Shown here: positions 1 through 10,932 of the stretch, piece by piece
Numbering within the stretch: position 1 is the first letter of the stretch
Layout of the letters: every line of letters begins with the position of its first letter
Assembly: GCF_054482525.1 (NCBI RefSeq)
Contig: NZ_CM137006.1
Direction: 5' to 3' (one strand)
DNA length: 64,000 nt
The notes under the pieces: generated by a model
The model's database searches: none
The model's input: the letters and a program-made list of their open reading frames with translations, nothing else
Told to the model about the DNA's origin: nothing
Translations under genes and position numbers: made by a program

Positions 1-751
1 CCAGCGCCACTAGTATCAACAGCATTTACTTTGAATGCAGGAACATGGACTTCCTGATCGCGGGTCATCCATAATGCGCCTTTTTCGCTCATGGTAACAA
101 TAATATTGTTCAGCCCTTTATCAACTAACGAACGTGCGGCCAAACGAATATGATCATAAGTATCAACCGACATACCGGTTAATATTTCCAGTTCTGTTTC
201 ATTCGGGATAAAGAAATCACATTTGCAGGCATAAGACATATCTAACTCACGCAATGCCGGAGCCGGATTTAATAACACTTCAATACCATTTTTCTTACCA
301 AACTCAATCGCGTGGTAAACTGTTTCCAGTTGAACTTCCAGTTGTAAAACGATCAATTTGCATTTTTTCAGATCTTCTGCAGCTCGATCGATATCTTCCG
401 GGGAAAGAAATTTATTCGCTCCCTTAATTATTAATATACTATTGCTCGAGTTGGCATTAACAAAGATCGGTGCAACACCACTGCTGGTACAGGGGACCTT
501 CTCAACATAAGTGATATTAATTCCCCATGATTCGAGATTACGAATAGTATTATCCGCAAAAATATCATCACCTACTTTAGTCAGCATCAGGACTTTTGAA
601 TTCAATTTAGCCGCCGCCACCGCTTGATTAGCACCTTTCCCACCACATCCGATTTTGAAGGCAGGTGCTTCCAGAGTTTCTCCTTCTTTAGGCATCTGAT
701 TAGTGTAAGTAATGAGATCCACCATATTGGAACCAATAACTGCAATGTCCA
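1..751 (-). CDS. PfkB-family carbohydrate kinase (ribokinase-like); C-terminal end lies beyond window start
   Basis: Minus-strand frame is open from the ATG at 751-749 to the window edge; my translation begins MDIAVIGSNMVDL... and has a PfkB/ribokinase-like sugar-kinase character. Not in the ORF track because it lacks a stop inside the window. Confidence 0.55.
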
Positions 752-1057
752 TTTCACTACCTCTTATAAACTTTCGCATAACAATGGTATTTAAATAACA
801 TTAGCATGTTACTTTTGCATCATTTGTGACTGAGATCGCGATTAGCACATCAACCCGATGTTTATTTAATAGACTTCCAGTCTCATCACTCAGGCCAACA
901 CGATCTAATCATAAGCAACCTAACAGGATTAATACCGAAAACTCAGCAGCCTATACCCTTTTCATTTCAAAGGGGCGGTCGTATAGTATGGTAATGAAAA
1001 CAATGTTTACTAACGCCAAAATGTTATTTTTATAACATTCTTACGGAGAGAGAGTTG

Positions 1058-1840
1058 ATGGAAACGAAGCAAAAAGAGCGTATCCGACGTTTGATGGAAC
1101 TGCTTAAGAAAACCGACAGAATCCATTTGAAAGACGCAGCGCGAATGCTGGAAGTTTCTGTAATGACTATTCGTCGCGATCTCCATCAGGAAGATGAACC
1201 TCTGCCACTGACCCTACTGGGTGGCTATATTGTAATGGTGAATAAACCCGCGCCATCCATGCCAGTAATCCATGACGTTCCAAAAAATCATCGTGATGAC
1301 TTACCTATTGCAATTCTGGCTGCCGGAATGGTTAATGAAAATGATCTGATCTTCTTTGATAATGGTCAGGAGATACCACTCGTTATAAGCATGATCCCGG
1401 ATGCAATCACCTTCACCGGTATCTGTTACTCACATCGCGTCTTTGTTGCGTTGAATGAAAAGCCTAATGTAACAGCAATACTTTGTGGTGGTACGTATCG
1501 TGCCAGAAGTGATGCTTTTTACGATGCCAGTAACTCTTCGCCATTAGACTCTCTCAATCCGCGAAAAATATTTATTTCCGCCAGCGGTGTGCATAATCAC
1601 TTTGGCGTCAGCTGGTTTAACCCTGAAGATCTTGCCACTAAGCGTAAAGCGATGAACCGTGGACTACGGAAAATTTTGCTCGCCCGCCACGCGTTGTTCG
1701 ATGAAGTGGCCTCTGCCAGCCTCGCACCGATCTCTGCATTTGACGTTCTGATTAGCGATCGTCCGTTACCGGCAGATTATGTTACGCACTGCCAGAATGG
1801 TTCTGTAAAGATCATTACACCTGATTCAGAAGACGAATGA
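1058..1840 (+). CDS. DeoR-family transcriptional regulator
   Basis: ORF 1055..1840; ATG at 1058 follows a GGAGAGAGAG Shine-Dalgarno-like stretch; N-terminal HTH typical of DeoR/GlpR regulators (LKDAARMLEVSVMTIRRDL) and a sugar-phosphate-binding-like C-terminal domain. Confidence 0.7.
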   Translation: METKQKERIRRLMELLKKTDRIHLKDAARMLEVSVMTIRRDLHQEDEPLPLTLLGGYIVMVNKPAPSMPVIHDVPKNHRDDLPIAILAAGMVNENDLIFFDNGQEIPLVISMIPDAITFTGICYSHRVFVALNEKPNVTAILCGGTYRARSDAFYDASNSSPLDSLNPRKIFISASGVHNHFGVSWFNPEDLATKRKAMNRGLRKILLARHALFDEVASASLAPISAFDVLISDRPLPADYVTHCQNGSVKIITPDSEDE

Positions 1841-2951
1841 CTTACTGAAAAAACACCACAATCTTGTTAAACATCGTCGGATTGGACTGATTACGTTGCA
1901 CTTTCACCACATATTCCAGCTTATCTATTTGGCTTATCACCTACTCCAGACGCTGGTCATCCTTGACCAGTAGCCAGATATGGCTTTTGTCGCAGTCCTG
2001 AATCGGCAGGCAGAGAATGTCTTCAACGTTAAGAGCGCGACGGGCAAAAGCCCACAAAGGTGAGTCATTACACCCGGATGGTAAACAGGCACTTCCTTGT
2101 TGTAGAAGCCGTTATATTGTCCATAATGTCTGGGTTTTTAATGCATACTGGGTAACAACCGGACGAATCTTCGAATATCACTGGCGCTGCCAGCCGGTTT
2201 GAATTCATCTCACAACCCTGCATAGAGCGAATCTCCTGCCTGCACGTCACTCCACTCCATGGTATCAACTTCACACTCTTTATCTGCGGCTAGTTTCAGC
2301 CACCAGATAAGCATCGACTATGAAAGATGAGCCATGACAACATAACGTTGGTAACGCTCTGACGCCTTAATGGAAGATGCCTGCCACCATAGGGAATGTA
2401 AACGACTGAAGTGTGGCCTTTAATGCCGTGAACGGCTCATGGTCTCCTGGCACGGTTGCCGCCCCAACCTGTAACAACATTCCACAGTACAATGTCTGTC
2501 AGAGTCAGAGCCTCCCATGCTTGTTGTAGTAACTCTACCAGTTACGAACATCCTTCCTCAAAATTGTTGTCATATCTCGCATGGAAGAAAAGATCCTGGC
2601 TAAGGAGCAACACACAACGTATTGCGGAACTTGCATATTTTTCCTGTAACTAGTGTATTACCACATATGGTAATAGCTACCTGTGTGGTTTCGCTGGATA
2701 GCAAGGGGATTTATTCGCAAGTAAAATGCCTGATAAAATACACGAATCTAGTAATCATCAATATTTACTCTGGTCGAATGACGCGTGAAGTGGACTGCCA
2801 GCAGACGCGGCCAGTGGTCCACCGCCTGCTGAACAAAACGCCAGATATCTCCCGGCTCTGAAAGTAACGCTTCGGTTATTTGCACGGAATACTACTCCTT
2901 CAGACTCTGTTAAGTTTTGTTTGTTAAACCGGTGCAGACCTGCAGGAAAGC

Positions 2952-4204
2952 ATGCCAGCACCGGCACTGTACGATATAAACATCCGGTACCGGGGATACG
3001 AATGGAATGACGAATACGCCAGAAAAGGGATAACAACCTTCCTCATAATGGTGAAATCATTCGCTATCGGTTACACGGTACGCGATGTCGCCAAAGGCAG
3101 CTGGATCGACGAATCCACGGTCACGCTACCGAAAGCGCCGCCGCTTAACACCCTGCCTCGGGCGACCAAAGTGCCGGAGCCGCAGCCGCCGCAGGAAGAT
3201 TACACCTTTGAAGGTTACCGCAACGCCGACGGCAGCGTGGGCACCAAAAACCTGTTGGGTATTACCACCAGCGTGCACTGCATGGCAGACGTTGAGGACT
3301 ACGTGGTTAAAATTATCGAACGCGACCTGCTGCCGAAATACCTGAGCATCGACGGCGTGGTCGACTTGAACCACCTCTACGGCTGTGGCGTAGCGATTAA
3401 TGTACCGGCCGCCGTGGTGCCAATTCGCACCATCCATAATATTGCGCTGAACCCAAACTTCGGTGGCGAAGTGATGGTGGTGGGCATGCAGTGCGGTGGC
3501 AGCGACGCGTTCTCCGGCGTTACCACTAACCCCGCGCTGTCGGCTACGACTCTGACCTGCTGGTGCGCTGCGGCGCAACGGTGATGTTCTCCGAAGTCAC
3601 TGAAGTACGCGACGCCATTCATCTGTTAACGCCACGCGCCATCAATGAAGAAGTGGGCAGGCGTCTGCTCGAAGAGATGGCCTGATACGATAACTATCCC
3701 GATATGGGCAAAACCGACCGCAGCGCCAACCCTTCGCCGGGCAACAAAAAGGGCGGCCTCGCCAACGTGGTAAAGAAAGCACTCGGCTCCATTGCTAAAT
3801 CGGGTAAAACCGCAATTGTTGAAGTGCTGTCGCCCGGTCAACACCCGACTAAACGCGGATTAATTTACGCCGCGACGCCAGCCAGCGATTTTGTCTGTGG
3901 CACGCAACAGGTGGCTTCGGGTATCACCGTGCAAGTGTTTACGACCGGCCGTGGTACGCCGTACGGCCTGATGGAGGTACCCGTCATTAAAATGGCGACC
4001 CGCACCGGGCTGGCGAACCACTGGTTTGATTTAATGGATATTAACGCAGGCACTATCGCTACCGGCGAAGAAACCATTGAAGAGGTGGGCTGGAAGTTGT
4101 TCCACTTTATTCTCGACGTCGCCAGCGGGAAGAAGAAAACCCTCTCGGATCAATGGGGATTGCATAACCAACTGGCAGTGTTTAACCCGGCACCGGTGGC
4201 CTGA
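2952..4204 (+). pseudogene. UxaA/GarD-family sugar-acid dehydratase (altronate/galactarate dehydratase-like), frameshifted and 5'-truncated
   Basis: Two ORF-track pieces (2952..3584, 3704..4204) and an intervening segment in a third frame together read as one dehydratase homolog; the second piece ends ...[25 protein letters not shown], typical of this family; N-terminal about 50 aa absent. Confidence 0.6.
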
Positions 4205-4231
4205 TATTCTCTTCATACATTAAGTTGTATT

Positions 4232-4259
4232 ATGCCCGATAACGCTTGTTTATCGGGCA
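4232..4259. terminator. hairpin between convergent genes (putative bidirectional terminator)
   Basis: Inverted repeat gcccgataa...ttatcgggc located between the 3' ends of the dehydratase pseudogene and the minus-strand DeoR regulator. Confidence 0.35.
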
Positions 4260-4266
4260 TAGTGAA

Positions 4267-5091
4267 TCACAGCGAAGACGCGAGCTCCCCGACCAGAATC
4301 ACTTCAACCCCAGCCTTTCGCAAGCCTTCCAGACTATCCGCAGGAATGCCTTCATCAACAATGATCATGTCGATACGTTGAGTATCAATGATCTTATGTA
4401 AACTGGAACGATTGAACTTACTGGAATCGGTGACCACGATGATCCGTTCCGCAACTTCGCACATCCGGCGGTTTAAACGGGCTTCATCTTCATTATGCGT
4501 GCTGACGCCGCGCTCCAGATCGATCGCATCTACACCAAGAAACAGCATATCGAAGTGGTAATTTTGCAGCGATTGCTCAGCCTGATCGCCGTAAAAAGAT
4601 TGCGACTGACGGCGCAAATGCCCGCCGGTCATCAGCAGCTCAACGCCTTCCGCTTCCAGCAACGCATTAGCCACGTTCATACCGTTGGTCATCGCAATTA
4701 CGTCAGTGTGCTTGCGCATCAGACGAGCAATCTCAAAAGTGGTGGTCCCGGAATCGAGGAGCACCCGATGACCTGGCTGAATCAACTCAACGGCAGCTTT
4801 CGCAACGCTGCGTTTCATCGCGGTGTTCAGTGCGCTTTTGTCTTCCACTGATGGCTCGACTGACGGCGTCGTGCTATCGCAGATCAACGCGCCACCATAG
4901 GCACGCACAGCGATCCCCTGCTTTTCCAGAAACGCCAGATCGTTGCGGATCGTCACAGTAGATACGCCATACAATGCCGACAGATCGTTAACCTGCACAC
5001 TCCCTTGCTGTCGCAGACGCTGAATGATCTGTTCTCGTCGCTCGCTGGTGCCTGTCACTCGCTTCTCACCTGAAGCGTCGGTATTACTCAT
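4267..5091 (-). CDS. DeoR-family transcriptional regulator
   Basis: 274-aa ORF; N-terminal HTH ([26 protein letters not shown]) and DeoR C-terminal effector domain; divergent from the downstream PTS operon. Confidence 0.7.
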   Translation of the reverse strand: MSNTDASGEKRVTGTSERREQIIQRLRQQGSVQVNDLSALYGVSTVTIRNDLAFLEKQGIAVRAYGGALICDSTTPSVEPSVEDKSALNTAMKRSVAKAAVELIQPGHRVLLDSGTTTFEIARLMRKHTDVIAMTNGMNVANALLEAEGVELLMTGGHLRRQSQSFYGDQAEQSLQNYHFDMLFLGVDAIDLERGVSTHNEDEARLNRRMCEVAERIIVVTDSSKFNRSSLHKIIDTQRIDMIIVDEGIPADSLEGLRKAGVEVILVGELASSL

Positions 5092-5409
5092 AGTAAGTCC
5101 TTTCGTAAAACTTTCGTTTCATTTCGTTTTGCCTATTAACGCCTTTCTATTAAGCAAATGCAAGCCCACCTTGCCCATTGGCGCAAGCTACTCTCGTTTC
5201 ACTGACTTTCATTATGTTTCTTTTGTGAATCAGATCAGAAAACTATTATCTTTCGTTTTATTTTTATCTCACCATGACGCAGTATCAACTGAAACAAAAC
5301 GAAAGATTAATATCGCAGCAATCTGAACTGGAGAGGAAAGTGAAACATCTGACAGAAATGGTGAGGCAGCACAAAGCGGGCAAAACAAATGGAATTTATG
5401 CCGTTTGTT

Positions 5410-5678
5410 TTGCCCGCTTTGTGCTGCATGGGGCGAGCGATGTGCCGGATGAGTATGTTCGTCGCACCATTGGGCCAGGCGTCTGCAAAGTCAACGTTGC
5501 AACCGAGTTGAAGATCGCCTTCTCTGACGCTATCAAAGCTTGGTTTGCTGAAAATCAGCAGAGCAACGATCCGCGCTTTTACATGCGGGTTGGCATGGAC
5601 GCCATGAAAGAGGTGGTCAGAAGCAAAATCGCCGTCTGCGGCTCGGCAAATCGATTACGGCTACCGGCGGAGGCCTGA
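5410..5678 (+). pseudogene. class II tagatose/fructose-bisphosphate aldolase 3' remnant (GatY/KbaY-like)
   Basis: Only the C-terminal about 85 aa of ORF 5274..5678 ([16 protein letters not shown]...[12 protein letters not shown]...[17 protein letters not shown]...CGSANR) match class II aldolases; the N-terminal barrel is absent. Confidence 0.6.
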
Positions 5679-5791
5679 TCCAACAGCGTATTACCTCAAT
5701 ATTTCAAAATAATTATAAGTCCCACAAATATGAAGGCGCGTCCTTAAACCGGGTAGTGCCTTCCATTATCCTAAAATTCGAGGAGCCCTAT

Positions 5792-7363
5792 ATGACACAA
5801 AAAAAATCTTTTAAATCAAAATTATGGGAATTTTTACAAAGTCTGGGGAAAACCTTTATGTTCCCGGTTTCGCTTCTTGCCTTTATGGGATTGCTGCTGG
5901 GTATCGGTAGTTCAGTCACCAGCCCTTCCACCATTACTAGTTTTCCCTTTCTGGGCGGCGAATTTACCCAGTTGACCTTTGGCTTTATCGCTATGGTCGG
6001 TGGCTTTGCTTTTACCTATCTGCCGCTGATGTTTGCCATGGCGATCCCCATGGGGCTTGCCAAGCGCAACAAAGCGGTCGCTGCCTTTGCCGGGTTCGTT
6101 GGCTACATGCTGATGAACATGAGCATTAATTATTACCTGACGGCTACCCACCAGCTTGCCGACCCCGCCACCATGAAACAGGTAGGACAATCGATCGTGC
6201 TGGGCATTCAAACCCTGGAGATGGGGGTATTAGGTGGCATTGTGGTTGGGGTTATCACCTATTTTCTGCATGACCGTTTTCAGGACACGGTTCTGCATGA
6301 CGCCTTCGCCTTCTTTAGCGGCATTCGTTTCGTGCCGATTATTACCGCGCTCACCCTGTCGCTGGTGGGTCTGTTCATTCCCATGCTGTGGGAATACGTC
6401 GCGCTGGGCATCGCGGGCATTGGGCATATCATCCAGAGCACCAGCGTTTTCGGCCCCTTCCTCTACGGCGTAGGCGTGCTGCTGCTTAAACCTTTTGGTC
6501 TGCACCACATCCTGCTGGCGATGGTGCGTTTTACCCCAGCAGGCGGCATTGAAATGGTAAATGGCCATGAGGTCGCCGGGGCGCTGAATATCTTCTACGC
6601 CGAGCTCAAAGCCGGCCTGCCGTTTAGCCCGCACGTTACCGCGTTTCTGTCACAAGGGTTTATGCCGACCTTTATCTTCGGTTTACCCGCCGTGGCTTAC
6701 GCCATCTACCGCACCGCGCGTCCGGAAAATCGGCCGGTCATTAAGGGGTTGCTGCTTTCCGGCGTGCTGGTTTCCGTCGTCACCGGTATTTCAGAGCCGA
6801 TTGAGTTCCTGTTCCTGTTTATCGCCCCCGCGCTTTACGCCTTCCATATCGTCATGTCTGGCCTGGCGCTGATGGTAATGGCCCTGCTGGGAGTGACCAT
6901 CGGCAATACCGACGGCGGCATTCTGGATCTGCTGATTTTCGGCGTGATGCAGGGAATGTCGACCAAATGGTATCTGCTGTTCCCGGTTGGTATTGCCTGG
7001 TTTGCCATCTACTTCTTTGTCTTCCGCTGGTACATCCTCAAACACAACATCAAAACGCCGGGCCGCGAGGTGGATGTTCAGGGGGCACAGCAAGCCGTCG
7101 AGGCGAACACCCGCGCGCGCGGAAAATCAAAATACGATCACGAGCTTATCCTACGTGCGCTCGGAGGTAAAGAGAACATTGAGTCGCTTGATAACTGTAT
7201 TACCCGCTTGCGTCTGGTGGTGAAAGATATGGGCCTTATCGATCAGCAGGCGCTGAAAGCGGCAGGCGCGTTGTCAGTGGTGATGCTTGATGCGCATAGC
7301 GTGCAGGTGATCATCGGACCGCAGGTACAGAGCGTCAAAACCGGCATTGAAGCCTTAATTTAA
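5792..7363 (+). CDS. PTS EIICB component, glucose/maltose family (MalX-like paralog)
   Basis: ATG at 5792 preceded by GAGGAG; long membrane EIIC domain and C-terminal EIIB with the phosphorylatable Cys motif NCITRLR; colinear similarity to E. coli MalX as I recall it. Confidence 0.85.
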   Translation: MTQKKSFKSKLWEFLQSLGKTFMFPVSLLAFMGLLLGIGSSVTSPSTITSFPFLGGEFTQLTFGFIAMVGGFAFTYLPLMFAMAIPMGLAKRNKAVAAFAGFVGYMLMNMSINYYLTATHQLADPATMKQVGQSIVLGIQTLEMGVLGGIVVGVITYFLHDRFQDTVLHDAFAFFSGIRFVPIITALTLSLVGLFIPMLWEYVALGIAGIGHIIQSTSVFGPFLYGVGVLLLKPFGLHHILLAMVRFTPAGGIEMVNGHEVAGALNIFYAELKAGLPFSPHVTAFLSQGFMPTFIFGLPAVAYAIYRTARPENRPVIKGLLLSGVLVSVVTGISEPIEFLFLFIAPALYAFHIVMSGLALMVMALLGVTIGNTDGGILDLLIFGVMQGMSTKWYLLFPVGIAWFAIYFFVFRWYILKHNIKTPGREVDVQGAQQAVEANTRARGKSKYDHELILRALGGKENIESLDNCITRLRLVVKDMGLIDQQALKAAGALSVVMLDAHSVQVIIGPQVQSVKTGIEALI

Positions 7364-7374
7364 CAGGAGGAGTG

Positions 7375-8550
7375 ATGTTTGATTTCGACAAAATCATTGA
7401 GCGTCAAAGTGATAAGTGCCGTAAATGGGACCATACCTTTGTTTGCTCGCGTTTCGGTGACGTCCCGGAGTCCTTTATCCCCCTATGGATAGCCGATATG
7501 GATTTCACCTCACCACCTGCGGTGATTGACGGTTTCCGGCGCATCGTGGAGCACGGCACCTTTGGTTATACCTGGTGCTTTGACGAATTCTACGACGCGG
7601 TCATTGCCTTCCAGCGCAAACGTCATCAGGTTGAGGTGGAAAAGTCGTGGATCACGTTGACCTACGGCACCGTATCCACGCTGCACTACACGGTTCAGGC
7701 ATTCTGCAAACCGGGTGACAGCGTGATGATGAACACGCCGGTCTACGATCCTTTTGCGATGGCGGCACAGCGCCAGGGCGTGCAGGTACTGGCTAACCCG
7801 CTGCGCGTGGAGGAAAACCGCTATCAGCTTGATTTTAATCTGATAGAAGAACAGCTCAAAACCCACCGTCCAACGCTGTGGTTCTTCTGCTCGCCACATA
7901 ACCCGTCCGGCAGGATCTGGCGCGAGGAAGAAATACGCCAGGTGTCCGATCTCTGTCAACGCTACGGCACGATTCTGGTGGTCGATGAGGTTCACGCTGA
8001 ACACATTCTGGATGGCAAATTCGCCAGTTGTCTCACCTCTGGCTGTGCCGCCCAGGACAACCTGATCGTGCTCACATCGCCCAACAAAGCGTTCAATTTG
8101 GGCGGGCTGAAAACCTCCTACTCCATGATTCCAGACGACTCGCTGCGCCAGCGCTTCCGCCAGCAGCTCGAGAAGAACTCCATTACCTCGCCCAATTTGT
8201 TCGGGGTATGGGGAATCATTCTGGCCTATCAACACGGTCTGCCCTGGCTCGACGCGCTGAACGGTTATCTGCAAGGCAACGCCCGGTATCTGGCGGATGC
8301 CCTCCAGACCCACTTCCCGGCGTGGAAGATGATGAACCCGGAATCGTCGTATCTGGCGTGGATAGACGTAAGCGCGGATGAGCGTAGCGCAACGCAGCTA
8401 ACCCAACATTTCGCACGGCAGGCAGGCGTGGTCATAGAAGACGGCAGCCACTATGTACAAAACGGCGAAAACTACCTGCGGATTAATTTTGGCACCCAGC
8501 GCTACTGGCTGGAGCAGTCCATTAACCGAATGCTGAAAAATGACAAATAA
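7375..8550 (+). CDS. PLP-dependent C-S lyase / aminotransferase class I-II (MalY/PatB-like)
   Basis: MFDFDKIIERQ... N-terminus and overall similarity to MalY; immediately downstream of the PTS gene as in the malX-malY arrangement. Confidence 0.8.
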   Translation: MFDFDKIIERQSDKCRKWDHTFVCSRFGDVPESFIPLWIADMDFTSPPAVIDGFRRIVEHGTFGYTWCFDEFYDAVIAFQRKRHQVEVEKSWITLTYGTVSTLHYTVQAFCKPGDSVMMNTPVYDPFAMAAQRQGVQVLANPLRVEENRYQLDFNLIEEQLKTHRPTLWFFCSPHNPSGRIWREEEIRQVSDLCQRYGTILVVDEVHAEHILDGKFASCLTSGCAAQDNLIVLTSPNKAFNLGGLKTSYSMIPDDSLRQRFRQQLEKNSITSPNLFGVWGIILAYQHGLPWLDALNGYLQGNARYLADALQTHFPAWKMMNPESSYLAWIDVSADERSATQLTQHFARQAGVVIEDGSHYVQNGENYLRINFGTQRYWLEQSINRMLKNDK

Positions 8551-8563
8551 GGATCTTACCCCG

Positions 8564-10453
8564 ATGAAGAAAGTGCTCACTCTCTCACTGCTGGCTCTCT
8601 GCGTTTCTCATGGTGCAGCGGCAGCAAACTACGCGCTCAATAACGACAATATTGCCCTCTTGTTTGATGATACAAACTCAACGGTCGTGGTGAAGGACAA
8701 CAAGGCTAACCATCCGCTCACGCCGCAGGAGTTGTTCTTTCTGACGCTGCCGGATGAGAGTAAAATCCACACCGCGGATTTCAAAATCAAGCACGTCGAA
8801 AAGCAGGATAACGCGATTGTCATCGACTTTACGCACCCGGATTTTAACGTCACGGTGAAGCTGAACCTGGTGAAGGGAAAATACGCCAACATCGGCTACA
8901 CCATTGCCGCCGTGGGGCAGCCGCGCGACGTCGCTAAAATCACCTTCTTCCCGACCCAAAAACAGTCTCAGGCCCCTTACGTAGACGGCGCAATCAATAG
9001 CTCTCCGATCGTTGCGGACTCGTTCTTTATCCTGCCGGATAAACCGATCGTGAATACCTACGCCTATGAAGCCACCACCAATCTCAACGTAGAGCTGAAA
9101 ACGCCGATTCAGCCAGAGGCGCCGGTCAGCTTTACTACCTGGTTCGGCACTTTCCCGGAAACCAGCCAGCTGCGCCGCAGCGTGAACCAGTTTATTAATG
9201 ACGTACGTCCACGCCCATACAAGCCTTATCTGCACTACAACAGCTGGATGGATATCGGCTTTTTCACTCCCTACACTGAACAGGATGTGCTGGGGCGTAT
9301 GGACGAGTGGAACAAGGAGTTCATTACGGGCCGCGGCGTGGCGCTGGACGCCTTCCTGCTGGATGATGGCTGGGACGATCTGACCGGACGCTGGCTATTT
9401 GGCACGGCATTCAGAAACGGTTTTAGCAAAGTACGGGAGAAAGCCGACAGCCTGCACAGCTCCGTTGGGCTATGGCTTTCACCGTGGGGTGGCTACAACA
9501 AACCGCGCGACGTTCGCGTTTCGCATGCAAAAGAGTATGGGTTCGAAACCGTGGACGGCAAACTGGCGCTGTCGGGAGCGAACTACTTTAAAAACTTCAA
9601 TGAGCGGATCATCAAGCTTATCAAAAACGAGCACATCACCTCATTTAAACTCGACGGGATGGGTAACGCCAGTTCGCATATCAAAGGCAGCTCGTTCGCC
9701 TCAGATTTCGATGCATCAATCGCCCTGCTGCACAATATGCGCAGCGCAACCCCGAATCTGTTTATCAACCTGACCACCGGCACCGACGCCAGCCCGTCCT
9801 GGCTGTTCTACGCTGATTCTATCTGGCGTCAGGGAGATGACATTAACCTGTATGGTTCCGGTACGCCGGTGCAGCAGTGGATGACCTACCGCGATGCCGA
9901 GACGTACCGCTCCATTGTCCGTAAAGGCCCTCTGTTCCCGCTGAACTCGCTGATGTACCACGGGATAGTCAGCGCCGAGAATGCCTATTACGGGTTAGAG
10001 AAGGTGCAAACGGACAGCGACTTTGCCGATCAGGTCTGGAGCTACTTCGCGACCGGCACCCAGCTGCAGGAGCTGTATATTACCCCGTCCATGCTGAACA
10101 AGGTGAAGTGGGATACGCTGGCGAAGGCTGCAAAATGGTCGAAGGAAAATGCCAGCGTGCTGGTTGATACCCACTGGATTGGCGGCGACCCAACGGCGCT
10201 TGCCGTGTACGGCTGGGCATCCTGGAGCAAAGACAAAGCCATTCTCGGTTTGCGCAACCCATCGGATAAGCCACAGGCCTACTATCTGGATTTGGCTAAG
10301 GATTTCGAAATACCGACAGGAGACGTGGCGCAGTTTAGTCTGAAAGCGGTATACGGCAGCAATAAAACCGTGCCCGTTGAGTATAAAAACGCGACGGTGA
10401 TTACGTTGCAGCCGCTGGAAACGCTGGTGTTTGAGGCGGTGCCCGTTAACTAA
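8564..10453 (+). CDS. secreted glycoside hydrolase-like protein (alpha-galactosidase-like DDGW motif)
   Basis: Signal peptide MKKVLTLSLLALCVSHGAAAA; LLDDGWDD motif reminiscent of GH27/36-type hydrolases; start alternatively at 8540. Confidence 0.5.
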   Translation: MKKVLTLSLLALCVSHGAAAANYALNNDNIALLFDDTNSTVVVKDNKANHPLTPQELFFLTLPDESKIHTADFKIKHVEKQDNAIVIDFTHPDFNVTVKLNLVKGKYANIGYTIAAVGQPRDVAKITFFPTQKQSQAPYVDGAINSSPIVADSFFILPDKPIVNTYAYEATTNLNVELKTPIQPEAPVSFTTWFGTFPETSQLRRSVNQFINDVRPRPYKPYLHYNSWMDIGFFTPYTEQDVLGRMDEWNKEFITGRGVALDAFLLDDGWDDLTGRWLFGTAFRNGFSKVREKADSLHSSVGLWLSPWGGYNKPRDVRVSHAKEYGFETVDGKLALSGANYFKNFNERIIKLIKNEHITSFKLDGMGNASSHIKGSSFASDFDASIALLHNMRSATPNLFINLTTGTDASPSWLFYADSIWRQGDDINLYGSGTPVQQWMTYRDAETYRSIVRKGPLFPLNSLMYHGIVSAENAYYGLEKVQTDSDFADQVWSYFATGTQLQELYITPSMLNKVKWDTLAKAAKWSKENASVLVDTHWIGGDPTALAVYGWASWSKDKAILGLRNPSDKPQAYYLDLAKDFEIPTGDVAQFSLKAVYGSNKTVPVEYKNATVITLQPLETLVFEAVPVN

Positions 10454-10520
10454 ACGCTTGTCCCAATGAGCAGACCGGGTAAGGCGCAAGCGCCACCCGG
10501 CAAAACCGGCAGCAGGGGCT

Positions 10521-10830
10521 TATTCCCCCTGCTGTTCCAGCGCATACTTATACAACGCATTCTTCTTCACTCCGTGGATTTCTGCCGCCAACGCCGCCGC
10601 TTGCTTCAACGGCAGCTCAGCCTACAACAGCGCCAGCGTACGCAGCGCATCGGCGGGCAGTTCGTCATCCTGGGCTTTATGGCCTTCAATAATCAGCACC
10701 ATCTCGCCTTTGCGAGGGTTTTCATCTTCTTTGATCCACGCCAGCAGTTCGCCGACCGACGTGCCGTGGATGGTTCCCAGGCGGGTGTTCATCACATAAC
10801 GGTATAGGGCATCATTCAGCGGAGCCATTA
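10521..10830 (-). pseudogene. rsmI (yraL)-like 16S rRNA methyltransferase 3' remnant with in-frame amber codon
   Basis: Minus-strand translation gives ...[86 protein letters not shown]; matches the RsmI C-terminus with CAG to TAG at 10622-10624; the 5' two-thirds is missing. Confidence 0.6.
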
Positions 10831-10932
10831 ACAGGCAGCACGCGTCAACCCAGTTGGAGAGTAACGCCGTCATTGGGTTATTTCTTTCCATAAAAATACG
10901 CAAACATGCCCCATACCTCCTGTTCCAACAGC

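Noticed and set aside
3126-3578. 150-aa minus-strand ORF with a His/Arg-rich product
   Set aside because: Antisense to the dehydratase pseudogene; low-complexity product.
7510-8313. 267-aa minus-strand ORF antisense to the MalY-like gene
   Set aside because: Embedded opposite a gene with strong homology support; no independent start signal or homology.
8678-9235. 185-aa minus-strand ORF inside the secreted hydrolase gene
   Set aside because: Antisense shadow ORF; Arg-rich composition typical of off-frame translation.
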